Assembly: GCF_009914755.1 (NCBI RefSeq)
Contig: NC_060929.1
Strand: one strand, 5' to 3'
DNA from: the human T2T-CHM13v2.0 reference genome, Homo sapiens
DNA length: 64,000 nt
The position numbers and the translations under genes were made by a program. Shown piece by piece: positions 41,120 to 54,991 of the stretch. Below the pieces are notes generated by a model. The model saw only the letters and a list, made by a program, of their open reading frames with translations, was not told the origin of the DNA and ran no database searches. Position 1 is the first letter of the stretch, and every line of letters starts with the position of its first letter.

Positions 41120-41630
41120 ATTGCTATTGATTTTTCTAGATTTCATTATAAAATCAATAACTGTTGCACAGGGTAAGATAGTTTACAAGGGTTGCAACAT
41201 ACTGTGGACTTCTGAAAACATACTGAGCTCGGTGAAGCCACCCAGGCAGCCAATTAGGAGAAAACATCTATTAGGTAAAAACAGGGCAGTCCCATTGACT
41301 GCTATTGATTTTCTTAGCCCTGTGAAAAGACAATCAATTAGATAAAGAAGGCTAATGTTACAGCTGCAATTTAATAACTCCTAAAAAAAGAAGGAGGGCT
41401 ATTGATTCCTGACATGGAATGTTGAGGCTTATTGAAATATACTGAACTTCACCTGTCTTTTAATCAGGCCTGTGGAGAAGAGAGGAAGCCTGCCATTGTA
41501 GCCTTGTGGTATAGAATCCCAATTGTTAAAGAGCTTTGGTGATGCCAGACCTAAGAGATGCAAATGAAACAGAACTTTAGAAGAAACACAGGCCCAGACT
41601 GAATACGAAATCACGGAAGCTATTGACAGA
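41120..41630. promoter_or_regulatory. Candidate enhancer with homotypic (GC)TATTGA(TT) sites and an octamer
   Basis: GCTATTGA at 41123, 41301, 41398 and 41619, AAATCAATAA at 41151, CATTGT at 41494, ATGCAAAT at 41558. Confidence 0.35.
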
Positions 41631-44600
41631 AACTGTCTTGGTGAAGGTTGTTTCTTTCTCTATACAGAGCTCACCAGAGTACCACCTGTCATTTTCAAAA
41701 GCAAAGTCAGTTTTGCCAACCAGCCGTGAATGACAAATAAAGCTTTATATGAAACACAAGGACATATTATGTGCTATTGTGAGTTCTGCTAAGTGCTAAT
41801 TTATCTGGCTTGTTCTCTTCAGCAAACACAGGCACAGACACATGAAATAATCTACCTAATTATGTAGCTATTTAGGAGAAAAACAAAGCAAGGTGTTTTT
41901 GTGTGTTGCAGAAGGTACATGATACAAGAAAGGTTTTCACAAGCCCTAACATAGCTAATGAAAATAAATGAAATGCTGTAAGCTGCAACAATTTTAGAAC
42001 AAATAAACTTTTGCTAGTTTTGGATTTAGGGAGTCCCAGCTGCTTTTCATAAATAGATGAGTACTTTCATTCATTTTTTTATAGTCCTTAATTGGAAATG
42101 GCTAATAGGCCTTGTCCCTTTCAAATATAAAATCTGGACTAAAATACCTCATATAGATATGTTCTTTATGCTTTTCTTTTCTATTGCATGTATTTGATCC
42201 TTTCTCCCCCATTATATATATGCCTTTTTACCAGCAGACAGCTGCTATTCACAATAATTGCTAGGGCAGTCAATTATACTTTAAATAGACCTACTTGAGG
42301 ACAAATGGTGGTCTAAATTGTACTAAAGACACACCATACACAAAGACTATGCCATTTCTACTATCTGAAATATTCTAAATATTCCTGAGCAGCAGTATAG
42401 TTTATACACCTTACTGCAGCATGTCAAAGCTTTTCTCCAAAATATTTCCAGAATACAAGTGAACTATTCTGTGAGCCATTACATCATTACTTAAATTTCT
42501 ATTTATAAACAGAAGACTATATTGTGCTAATTCCCCCACATGTATTTAGGTAGCATAAATCAGCATTGTACAAAATCTATTTTTGTTGAGTGCTTTCCTT
42601 TTTATTTAAAACCATGCATATTCAATATGCATATGTTTCTACTTATTAACATGGATGTCTAAAATGTGTTCTTTAAAGAGTACACTTTTCTTTAAGAATT
42701 ACACATTTGTAAAAATAACTTGTGATTTGGACAAATAATTAGATTTTAGAACTTAAGATCCAAGTCAAAAGTGGGTAAATATGTCCCTTATTACAACATA
42801 TAGTGCCTTGTTTACATATGCAATGTGCATTTTACAAACAATATTAGATACAGTGATATAAGTGAGTGTAGCACATTTCTGTTTATAACAGTATTACATT
42901 GTCAGAATAGTCAACACATTATTGATTGGCAAGGGAAGTACACTCCATACAAATCTGAAATGCCATCTTTATAAGCAAATCACAATCATATTTTTAAAAT
43001 CAAAATTTGGGGATGTAAAAACGTTTATTTAATTTAAATATTAGAAACTACAATTCATTCAGGCTCTTGGAACATTATACCAACATGTCAAGTATTCTCT
43101 TTATTTTTCAATGTATTACACGTAGGTCATTTTTTCTCAAACTTGTGCTTTGCCATTAAGTATATAAAAACATATCTGTATCTGGGGTAAAATGCCATGT
43201 CTCTTAGGCAGCTTGGATATAGGTGTTTGGAATTGTATTTTGACCTTAAAGATTTAAGATAGCCCTCCCACTGTTAGATTAGCATAAGTGAAAATATATA
43301 TAGCAGAAATAAAATCTAGCTTTAAAGATAAGAATCTGTCAAAAGAAGAGTAATGGAAGTGCATATTTAAACATCAAGGAATGAGCTTTTCGACACTTAC
43401 ACCTCTATTAGAGATATTGAAGTAGCATTTAGCTGTACAACATGCAATAGAAGAGTTCTTCACTAAGACATCTTCCCTCAATTTTCTAAGACTGCAAAAA
43501 TAAAAACTTAACTTTAAAGCATATGACGAGTGTAGAAACAAAGTCAAGTTCCATTTTCAAAACCTTACAAATAATTTGTGAATAAACGAGGACAAGTGAA
43601 TCAACTAAAAAGATTTTTACTGAGGGTTTTGTGGAACTCTTCTTAATAATATCATCTCTAAAGCCAGATTGCTTGGTTCAAAGTCTACCTTCCCCACTTT
43701 ATAAGTGTGCAATTCCTGGTAAATATTGTCTTGGGGATGCTGTAATTCCTTTTGGGGATGGAATCTCCCCTTAGTTCTCAGTAGGTCTTGTGTGAGAATA
43801 CAAAAGTTTTCAGGAAATCATTGTGTATCTTGATTTTTCTTTTTCTTTATCACATTAGTTAAAAAGCATGAGAGAAGATGCCGGCAAGGGAAATTGTCAA
43901 CAAGTGGTCAATAATTATTCTTTAAGAGTTTTGTTGTGGAAATAGAAATTTTGTTAAAATATCTTTACTTTGGTATTCATAGAAGTTATATCATGTCCAA
44001 AATTTAAAATCAAGCCCAAAGCATTACTTTTTCCTTCACACAACAAACGACACATTGTATAACAAAGAACCACAAAATTAGGTTTATGGATCTAAGTCTA
44101 AAACCATTTTACGATTACTAAAAAGAAAACACATTTTGTAAAAAAAATTCCTATTTTCCCCATTCTCAGAATGTTAAACATCTTCTTCTTTTGTTGTTAA
44201 TTTGATAAGTACTGTGCTTCGAGACCAAAAGGCTGACAGGTTACATAGTAAGTCCTGTGAAATTTCTCAGCTAAGCTCCAAAGCATGTCACTTGAGACAT
44301 GGAACTTTATCAGTCACTTCACTGGCAAAGTTTTAAGCAACTAACATGTTAGTGAGAGTAGTTTTAAAAAATTCGATCCTAAAAATTAGTATAACTTGTC
44401 CTCAAAAATTTTATTTTTTAATGCTTTGATTTGTAGAGTAATATCAGAAGTATATAACTTAAGAAAAATGAAAATATAAGCATCTATTTGCCTGAGTCTA
44501 TGTAACTGGAAGAATAAAATATTGCAAAAACTATTTCTATTAAAAAATAAATTAAAATATTGAGGGTAGAGAACACAGTGAATGTAAAAATCACAAATAT

Positions 44601-44865
44601 TGGGGGATCTTTTCAAATGTTTTTAGAGGGGTTTGTTTGGTTTTTATTTTATTTTTATTATTTTCTCATATATTAAAAAAAAAACACTGACAAATGAGAA
44701 TTATTTTGATCCAAACAGTAGAAACAGTGAAGATTTGGTGCATTTTTTTTTCTGAAATTACTTTTCTTCAATTTATAATTGGTTTTTGAGCACTCATTTT
44801 TATAGTTCTCCGAAAAGGCCTTTCAGAAAGAACAATAAACTTTAAGATGTGTAAAAAGGTGTTGT

Positions 44866-45089
<224 letters not shown>

Positions 45090-45599
45090 TACATACTTAC
45101 ATATATATAAAATATACATACATATATATATATAAATTCTACCTACAAATAATATGGAATCTATTTGGGACTCATCTAATAAATGTAACAAAAGACAAAT
45201 CAATCTAAAATTATGCTATTAATTTATTTCTTAGACTTTTTTTCACTGACTTTCTCCTCTTTTGGCTCATTTACCAATACGTTCAGTTTGTTTTATGTAA
45301 ACTCATGACCTTTTACAATTCAGTAACATTTACAGTTGTTCAATGAATGCATTACCATTAGATTTGTTGTTGATAATACAGTAAGTTAATACAATAAATC
45401 AATAAATCAGTTAACAGTATTTTGGAAAGCTTGTCATTGGGGAAATATAAAATTGTGAGACAGTGCTATGGTTTGACTGGTTAAGTGGGAGGATTTTACT
45501 TAGTGGATACCAAACATTTATTCAAAAGAATTAATGTTATTTAAAATATTTTTCCTTTATGTGACCTCAGAATTCCTTGACTATGTAATAGTGTCACTA

Positions 45600-46150
45600 T
45601 TCTGCCACATTTACTTTTCTCTCTAGTATTAGAGTTAATTGCATTCTTGTTTTAATAGGAATGGTTAGACTCTAAGCTTCTTGAAAAGAAGAGTGCATTT
45701 CTGGTTTATCTTTGCACTTTTCTCTAGATGCTTAATATATAATGGGCATTCAATTAATACTTGTTGAATAAAAAAAAGACTCTCAATGATTGAACATATG
45801 GCCTACTCATAGTTCCTTAATGTTTATACATCATTCAGACTATTGTTCACATCCTTCCTGAAACTCTCTCTTTTTTACTTTACAGAAAGTACACCATCTC
45901 ATTCACTTACCTTACCAGTTCCCTTTTCTTGTCTTAAATGCGGATTATCCCTAAAGTTTTCTCTTTGTCCTTCTTCCTCTCTGTTCTTTCGCTTCCCTTG
46001 CCTTCCCTGAGTTATCACGTCAACAATCGTGTGGTCTATCATGTGTATCTTGCCTCTATTTTGGGAGCTTTAGCGTATATGTTTAACGGTCTTTTGGCCA
46101 CATCTACTTAGCTCACAATAACTGCAATATTGTTAAAACAAAATTAATCA
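45600..46150 (+). mobile_element. L2 fragments
   Basis: agactctaagcttcttgaaaag...cattcaattaatacttgttgaataaa, and tccttcctgaaactctctc. Confidence 0.45.
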
Positions 46151-46495
46151 TAATTTATTAATTTGAATAATATACATATAATTGGACTGTACACTTGTCT
46201 TTCTGTGAAATTGCCCTGTGACCACAAGTAAAGACGTCATAAAAGGTAGATACAACTAGGCTTTTCTACATATATTTTGAATATCTGGAAAACTCTGACC
46301 AAAATGCTTTAAAACAGATATGGAACACGTTTACTCCATTACTTCTAGGCAATTGGATATAGTATAGCCATAAAATAATGATATTCTGAAAGTTCATTAA
46401 TTAAATTAAAATTACATTCAAAATATATTATTAAATGAGAAAGAAAAAGATGAGAATGCCAGTTATGTTCTTATTTTTAATAAACTATGTAAATC

Positions 46496-47470
46496 CAGTC
46501 ATGCACCTTACAAAGACCAGTCAATGACAGACTGCCTTTATGATGATAGTCCCATAATATTATAATGAAGCCGAATAATTCTTATTGCTTGGTGATACAG
46601 TAACTATGATAGCATCATAACATAATGCATTGCTCACATGTCTGTGGTGATGGTGGTGTAAACAAACCTATGGTGCTGCCAGCCATATAAAAGTATAGCA
46701 CACAAAATTATGTACAGTACATAATACTTGATAAATTATGTCACTGGTTTATGTATTTATTATTCTATGCTTTTTATTGTTATTTTAGAGTGTACTCCTT
46801 CTATTTATTAAAAAAAAAAAAACAGTTAACTATAAAACAGCCCCAGGCAGGTTCTTCAAGAGATATTCCAGAAGAAGACATTGCTATCAGAGAAGACAAC
46901 AGCTTCGTGGGTGTTATTGCCCCTGAAGACCTTCCAGTGGGACAAGATGTGGATGTGGAAGACAGTCCTATGGATGATCCTGACTTTGTAAGGACCTAGG
47001 TTAATGATTGTGTTTATGTCAGTTCTTAACAAAAAAGTTTAAAAACTATAAAAAAAATACAATAGATAAAATCTTATGGGATAAGCATGTAAAGAAAGAA
47101 AATATTTTTGTACAGCTATAGAATGTGTTTGTGTTTTAAGCTGTGTTCAATCATTTAAGGTTAATTTACTATTGAAGAGAGAAAAATGGTTTCTTAGAAA
47201 GAGTGCAGCATAAGTATTCGGTATTTATAGTCTATAGCAGTATACAGTTATGTCCTTGGCCTTCACATTCACTTGTCTGTTACTGACTCACCCAGAGCAA
47301 CTTGCACTTCTCCAAGGTTCGTTCTTAGTAAATTCTCTATACAGGTGTGCGATTTTAAATCTTTTACACTGTATCTCTACTGCACCTTTTCTCTCTTTAG
47401 ACATGTTTAAATACACGAATACATACCATTATGTTATAATTGCCCATAATATTCAATATAGTGACATGTC
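46496..47470. mobile_element. Tigger3b-like DNA transposon truncated at AluY
   Basis: Starts at TIR CAGTCATGC with Tigger3 internal sequence (ccctgaagaccttccagtgggacaagatgtgga). The other TIR is absent. Confidence 0.85.
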
Positions 47471-47472
47471 AT

Positions 47473-48019
<547 letters not shown>

Positions 48020-48219
48020 TCAGGTGGCTTTATCCTAGTCAAATATGTTGACGAACCGTTGAGAAACTTTTGCATAATCTTTGTAATTTGGGGTAACAAG
48101 TGAATATATATTATATAATATATAAATTATATATAATATATATGTAGTATATAATATGCATTTTATATATGTGTGTGTGTGTATATATAAACACACACAC
48201 GCAAATCCTATTGGATAAA

Positions 48220-48566
48220 CTGTTATGCATCACTTAACTATGGGGATATATTCTGAGAAATATGGTGTTAGGTGATTTAGTCATTGTGTGACCATCATAG
48301 CCTGTACTTACCCAAACCTCGATGGTATAGCCCACTATACACCTAGGATATATGTTATGGATATTGCCCTTAGACTACAAATCTGTACAGCAGGTTAGTT
48401 TACTAAATACCGTAGGCAATTGTAACATAGTAGTAAGAATTTGTGAATTTAAACATATCTAAACATAGAAAAGATATTGTAAACATGCTGTATTATAATC
48501 TTATGGAACCACAGTCGTATATGCGGTCCACCACTGGCTGAAACTTTGCTATGAGGTACATGACTG
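48220..48566. mobile_element. Tigger3a (MER7A-like) MITE
   Basis: About 350 bp from ctgttatgcatcacttaac...ttctgagaaat to tacatgactg followed by TA. Confidence 0.85.
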
Positions 48567-48895
48567 TATATATGATTTTGGCAGACTCAATCGTGGAGGC
48601 TGACAAGTCAAATCCACAGAGCAAATTAGCAGGCTAGAAATTCCACTAGGAGTTGATATTGTAGTCTTGAGTTTGAAGACAATCTGGAGGCAAATTCTTT
48701 TTATTTTGGGATACCTCAGGCTTTCTGATGATTGAATGAGGTTCATCACATTATAGAGGGTAAACTGCTTTACTCAAAGTCTGCTATTTAAAAGTTAATC
48801 TCGTTTGAAAAATACCTTCACATCAACACCAGACTTACGCTTGACTAAACAACTAGGCACCATAATCCAGCAAAGTGAGGATGCAAAATCATTAA
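48567..48895 (-). mobile_element. ERVL LTR (MLT2D-like)
   Basis: gtggaggctgacaagtc...gattgaatgaggttcatcacattatagagggtaaactgctttactcaaagtc...aaaaataccttcaca. Confidence 0.75.
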
Positions 48896-49226
48896 GTGAC
48901 GTTCACTCTTTTCTTTGACATCCAGTGGCTTAATTACTATGATGTAAAGTTAATGCATCTTATGTTACATGGTAAGACAATAAAAGAGAGAAAACAAAAA
49001 ATGTCTTATACATGAATACACAAACATACTCATAACAAAATTGGAAGAAAAGCTGGTGACAATTACAGTCTCCATTTCTGGAACTGGTTATGTGGTCATA
49101 GCTGATATTTATTAATCATCATCTTCTACTGCCAATGTTGTATTCCCTTTGTACTTGGTATGCACCTCCATTGGTCGTGTTTTTTTTCTTGGCAAGATGA
49201 CCCAAACCCTCATTTGTGAAGTGGTA
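48896..49226 (-). mobile_element. ERVL internal 3' region adjoining the LTR
   Basis: gacaattacagtctccatttctggaactggttatgtggtcatagctg...tgacccaaaccctcatt matches remembered HERVL/ERVL internal sequence near the 3' LTR. Confidence 0.7.
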
Positions 49227-49231
49227 TCAAT

Positions 49232-49858
49232 CTGCGTATATATATATATGTGCGTGTGTGTGTGTGTGTGTGTGTATATGTATATATGTTGTGTATATAT
49301 GCATATATATATGTTGTGTATATATATCGATATATATCAACCTAGATATATACATATATGTTGTATATAGATATATATCATTCTGTATATATACAGATCA
49401 TCTATATATATACAGATTGATATATATATGATTTTCCTTATTTATATATATATGTTTCTCTTTTTCCTCAGTAATATTCCATACATATATGGAATATATA
49501 TATAATATATATAATATATATATTATATATATTATATATTATATATTATATATATTATATATATTATATATATTATATATATTATATAATATATATTATG
49601 TATATTATATATATTATATAATATATATATTATATATTATATAATATATTATTATATATATTATATATATATATTATATAATATATATAATATATATTAT
49701 ATATATTATATAATATATATATTATATAATATATATATTATATATTATATATATTATATAATATATATATTATATATATTATATAATATATATATTATAT
49801 ATATTATATTATATATATTATATAATATATATAATATATATATAATATATATATATAT
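49232..49858. repeat. TG/TA low-complexity region ending in a ~365-bp almost pure AT run
   Basis: 49493-49858 is TATATATTA-type repeats with a single G at 49600. Confidence 0.95.
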
Positions 49859-50000
49859 CGCATGCCTGTGGTCCCAGCTGCATGGGAGGCTAAGGCAGGA
49901 GGATCACTTGAGTTCAGGAGGTTAAGAATGCAGTGAGCCATGTTCACGCCACTGCACTCCAGCCTGAGCAACAGAGTGAGATTCTGTCTCAAAAAGAAAA
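49859..50000 (+). mobile_element. Alu right arm only (AluJ/FRAM-like)
   Basis: gcatgcctgtggtcccagct...gcagtgagccatgttcacgccactgcactccagcctg...ctgtctcaaaa. Confidence 0.9.
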
Positions 50001-50726
50001 TATTAAAAGAAGAGTAAAGTCATCAACTTGATATGGTGTTCCCTTAATATGTATGAACTTAGTAACAGATGTCCAAAATACCTGAAGCAAAAATGGACTA
50101 AATTAGTAAGAGAAATATATTAGTCAGCAAATATGTTTGAAATTGAAATATGAGTTGAAATTTATGTTTCAACTCTTATCTCAGTAATTGATAGAATCAA
50201 TATACATAAAATCAGTAGGTATTTAGAGGACTTGAACAACATAACCAGCTTAATCATGTTGGCGTTTATAAAACACTATACCCTCAAATAGCAGAGTAGG
50301 CATTCGTTCAAAATGCACAGGAATATTCACCAAAATGGACAAGATTTTGGTACATAAAACAAGTCATGTTATATTTACTAAGTTAAAAATCATAAAAGGA
50401 TATTGTCTTAGGAAAATGGCTAAAATGAAATTATGTTAGACATTGAAAATCAAATAATTTCCAGAAAAATCCCCAAATACTTGGTGTCTGAACAATATTC
50501 TCCTAAATACTTAATAGTGAAAGATGAAATTATAATCAAAATTTGAAAATATTACTTCTAAAATAAAATTTACCACAGAAAATATTAAATTTTGTGAGAT
50601 GTAACTAACCTAGCACTTGGAATGAAATAGACTAAAATCAAAATCTGAGTCCATGTTACGACACTAGAAATATAAGAGAAAAATCCTAAATTCAATAGAA
50701 AAAATACTGAAAATAAGATTAGAAAT

Positions 50727-51047
50727 TGTTTTAATCTGTTTTGTGCTCCTATAACAGAATACCTGGAACTGGATAATTTACACAAAACATAAACTTATTT
50801 TCCCACAGTTCTGAAGGCTGTGAAGTCCGAGATCTGATGAGGGATTTTGTCTGTTCGTTTGTTTTTGCTGTGTTCTCACATGGAAGGAGGTCAAGAGAGA
50901 ACCAACCCACTCCTACAGCCCCCTTTTTATAAGGGCGTAAATCCATTCGTGAGGATGGATTGCTCATGACCTAAACATCTAACACTTTTGCATTGGGAAT
51001 TAAGTTTCCAACACATGAATCCGGGGGCACATGTTCAGATCATAGCA
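50727..51047 (-). mobile_element. MaLR LTR (MSTC/MSTD-like) nested in the L1
   Basis: tgttttaatctgttttgtgctcctataacagaatacc...tttccaacacatgaat...ttcagatcatagca. Confidence 0.8.
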
Positions 51048-53260
51048 TTAATAAAATAGGAAATGAGCAAACAGTATAGAATGCACAAAGCTGTTTATTT
51101 GAAATGATCAATACAATAATCAAACATTAGCCAGACTGATCAAGAAAAAAAATCACATTATTAATGTTCAGAGGTAAAGAATATCACTATAGTTCCTGTA
51201 ACTAAAATCTTCCAACAAAATAAACTTTTGTTCCAGATGTTGGACTATATTCAGTGGTGGATTTTATCACACTGTTTAGCAAGAAATGAAATTAGTCCAA
51301 TCTGAACTCTTTCAGAAAATAGAAGGTATTGAAGACTTCTTAAATAATGTCATAAGGCCGCATTACCCTCATACCATACCAGATAAAAACACTATAAAAA
51401 TCAGGAAACAGCAGATATATGTCTTATGAAAATATATACCATCATCCACAAGTCCAGCAAAATAAGACAATAATTTACATCATGACCACCTAGGGTTTGT
51501 TGCAGGAATGAATATTCATTTAACATAGAAAAATAATCAACAAAATTTACCATATTGATTAAAAAAGAGAAAAACACAACACAATCATGTTAAAAAGGAG
51601 ACAAAAAATGTTGACTGTCATTGCCCATATACAATAACATCTCTTAAAAACTAAGAATAGAAGATAATTTCCTCAGTTTGATGAAAGGCACCTACAAAAG
51701 CCTACAGCTTACCTGATATCTAGTGGTGAAAAAGACCAAATGCTTTCCTTCTAAGATCATGAACAAAGAAATGATGTCCAATCTTGCCATTCTTATTTAA
51801 CATAGTACTGGATGTTTTAGCCAGTTCAAAAAGGCAAGGAAAAGAAAAAGCATAAAGATAATAAAAAGGAATAAAACATTCATATTTATAGATGTCATGA
51901 TTATCTACATAGGAAATTCAACGGAATCTGCTAAATGTACATCTAGAGCTAAAAAGTGACTTTATCAAGGTCACAGGATGCAAGATCAACACAAAAAAAT
52001 CAATCACGCTTCTATATATTAACAAACATGTGGAAATCAAATAAAAACTTGAATGCCATTTACAGTGTCTCCACAGAATATGAAATGATAGGTGAATATC
52101 TAACAAAACATGTAAATGTGCATCCTGAAAATCACAAAATGATTTTGAAGAAAATTTTTTAAAAATCAAAAAAATGGAGAAACATATCACGTTTATGGAT
52201 TGGAAGACTCAACATAGAAAAATAATAATTACTGGTCATTTCTTTTTCTAGTTTTAATGCAATATCTATCAAAATGTCAGGTTTTTTTTGTAGACTATAC
52301 AAACCTGTAATAATTTGGAAAGCCATACAGCATAAAATAAAATAAATTTTAAAAGCAGAACAAAATGGGAGAAGTTGCTTTCTCTGATGTTAACATTTGC
52401 TACATAGTTACAGTAGTTAAGACAGTAGAGTATTGGAGAAGGGATAGACACATAGGTCCATAGAACATGACAGAGATCTTAAAAATAGAACCACAAAAAT
52501 ATGTTCAATTTTTTTTTACAATGATACAAAAACAATTCAATGGAGGAAAAAATAGCCTTTCCAGAAAACGGTGCTGGGACAGATTGGCATACCTAGGCCA
52601 AAAATATAAGGATTTATCTAAACCTCACACCTTATACAAAATTAATTCCCATGGATCAATGACTTAATGTATAATTATAAAATGTTTAAGAAATACTGAA
52701 GGCAATATTCATAATCTGGGGTTAGGTGTAGTGTTTAGACTTAACACTGAAAGCACAATTTATAAAAGTAAAACGATAAGCTGGACCTCAGACAAATTAA
52801 AAAATTTTGCTTTGTGAAATAGTCTGTTTATAGATTGAAAAGACAAACTTTAGTCTGGGAGCAAATATTTACAAAAACCTATATGCAACAAAAGACTTCT
52901 ATCTAGAGTATAAAAAATAAAAACAAATGTTTATTTGACAAAATTTGTCAAAAGATAGAAGAAATTTCATTGAGAAGAATATACAGATGAGAAACAAATA
53001 CATTAAAATACTTCAACATCATTAGTCATTAGATAAATGCAAATTAAAACCACAATGAGGTATCAATGTGCTTCTATATAGGTAACTTTAAAAATAATGA
53101 CAAAACCAAATGCTAGCAATAATGAAGAAAAAACAGGTCACTTGAACAATTCTGGTGGGAATGTAAAATAATTCAGCCACTCTGGAAAGTAATATGTGAC
53201 TTCTTACAATCCAAACACTTCCTTATCATACTATCCAGCAACTGCACTCTTGAACATTTA

Positions 53261-53355
53261 TCCCAGAGATAAGAAAACACGATAATCTGTACATGCATTT
53301 TCATGGTGGTGTCCTGGAGATAAGAAAACACAATAATCTTTACATGCGTTTTCAT
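53261..53355. repeat. 44-bp direct repeat, period 51
   Basis: 53261-53304 vs 53312-53355, 39/44 identical by hand count. Confidence 0.9.
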
Positions 53356-53774
53356 TCATAATAGCCCAAACTATGCACAACTAATGCTCTTCAACTTGTG
53401 AATGGTTAAACAGAATGTAATACTCGGTGATGTAAAAAAATGAACACAACAATTTGAATGCATTGTAAGGGAATTATGCTGAATGAAATATAAAGCCAAT
53501 ACAAAAGTATGGACTGTATGGTTTCACTTATATAAATCTTGAAGTGAGAAAATAATACAGATAAAGAACAGCTTAATGGCTGCCAATGGTTGGTTAAAAA
53601 GCGGTAGAGCAATAGAGGAGTCTGTACTTGTGATGAAACTGCTCTGTATCTTGACTGTAGTGGTGGTCTAAAAAATCTTTGCAAGTCTTATTAAGATGTT
53701 GAAAAGGAATAATAAAGACATTTAAATGATACCTATTTCAACGTATGAAAGAATATTATGTACATCATTACACC

Positions 53775-53992
53775 AGTGAATCTCCATTATTAGGTTTATG
53801 TTTCTCATAGGTGCAATTTTGAGGATTATTTTGTTAGTTTGTGTAAAGGCTGTCCAATGTATTGGATCATGTTTACTGGGCCTTCTATACATTACTGGTA
53901 TCTAGTGAGTCTACCTAGTTATTGTAAAAGTCAAAAATACTCTCGTACACTCTAGACATCGTCTGTGGGTTGCCCAAGTTGACAACCATCAA
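53775..53992. mobile_element. MER20-like hAT-Charlie element
   Basis: cagtgaatctc...ggctgtccaatgtattgg...caaaaatactctc...gttgacaaccatc, degenerate. Confidence 0.45.
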
Positions 53993-54207
53993 CCTGGATT
54001 AGTCATCTATTTTTCAAAAAATTAAATGATCAAAGTTCCCTCAAAAAATTAAAAAAAAAGTGAATGGCTTAAATTTTTTGAAGATATTGAAAGAAAAGTC
54101 GAGTATATGCCTCTTAAAAAGGTGCCAGGACAAGGATATTTTACAGGTGAGTTTTAGCAAACTTTGAAGAAAGAGATAATTCCTTCGCTATTGAAGTAGT
54201 ACCTATC

Positions 54208-54563
54208 TGTCTTTGTCTACACAGGCTGCTAAGACAAAATGCCTTAACCAGTGTAATGTATAAACAACAGAAATTTATTGCTCACAGTTCTAGAATCTGG
54301 GAAGTTTAAGGTCAAGGTGCCAGCTGATATGGTGTCTGATGAGGACTCCTTCTTCCTAGATGGCATCTTCTTTGTATCCTGAGATATCAGAAGGAGAAAG
54401 GAGGCTCTTCAAGTCTCCTTTGTGAGAATACTAATTTCATTCATGAGGGTTCCCTGCTCAAGACTTAATCACTCCTAAAGCCCACATCTCTTAATACTAT
54501 CATATTGAGAATTAAGTTCCAACATGTGAATTTTAGGGAGACACAAACTTTCAGACCATATTA
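54208..54563 (-). mobile_element. MaLR solo LTR (MLT1A-like)
   Basis: aaacaacagaaatttattgctcacagttctag...ttccaacatgtgaatttt. Perfect 5-bp TSD CTATC (54203-54207, 54564-54568). Confidence 0.9.
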
Positions 54564-54796
54564 CTATCCTAGGAAAAAGATGGAAATATTTTTTGACTGG
54601 TTACCAATCAAAATATGTAAGTATGAAATTTTAAAAAGTAATGCAAATTATGAATATTAATGCAATTAAAATATTAATAATAATAAATATAATAACCAAA
54701 TGCAGCTTATCTCAGAAATACAGGCATACTTAAATGTTCAAAAACATATGAATGAATTTTGTTATTAAAATTTGAATAAAATAAAATTTGTTATCA

Positions 54797-54956
54797 TTGT
54801 TATTATTATTTGAGACAGGGTCTTGCTCTGTCACCCAGGCTGGACTGCAGTGGTGGGATCATACCTCACTGTAGCCTCCAAATTTTGGGCTCAAGCAACC
54901 TTCCCGACTCAGCCTCCAGAGTTGCTGGGAACACAGGTGTGTGTCACCATATCATG

Positions 54957-54991
<35 letters not shown>

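Larger units (their letters stand above)
50040..53690 (+). mobile_element. Old L1 (L1MC/L1MD-like) ORF2 and 3' end
   Basis: Degraded ORF2 (atggattggaagactcaacat, aaatgcaaattaaaaccacaatgag) and 3' end tgtatcttgactgtagtggtgg. Confidence 0.75.

Noticed and set aside
46751-46999. 82-aa acidic ORF
   Set aside because: Inside Tigger3b-like sequence and interrupted by a poly-A run. It is a transposon remnant.
50152-50175. 9-bp inverted repeat (another at 52934-52952)
   Set aside because: Short and inside decayed AT-rich L1. Expected occasionally by chance.
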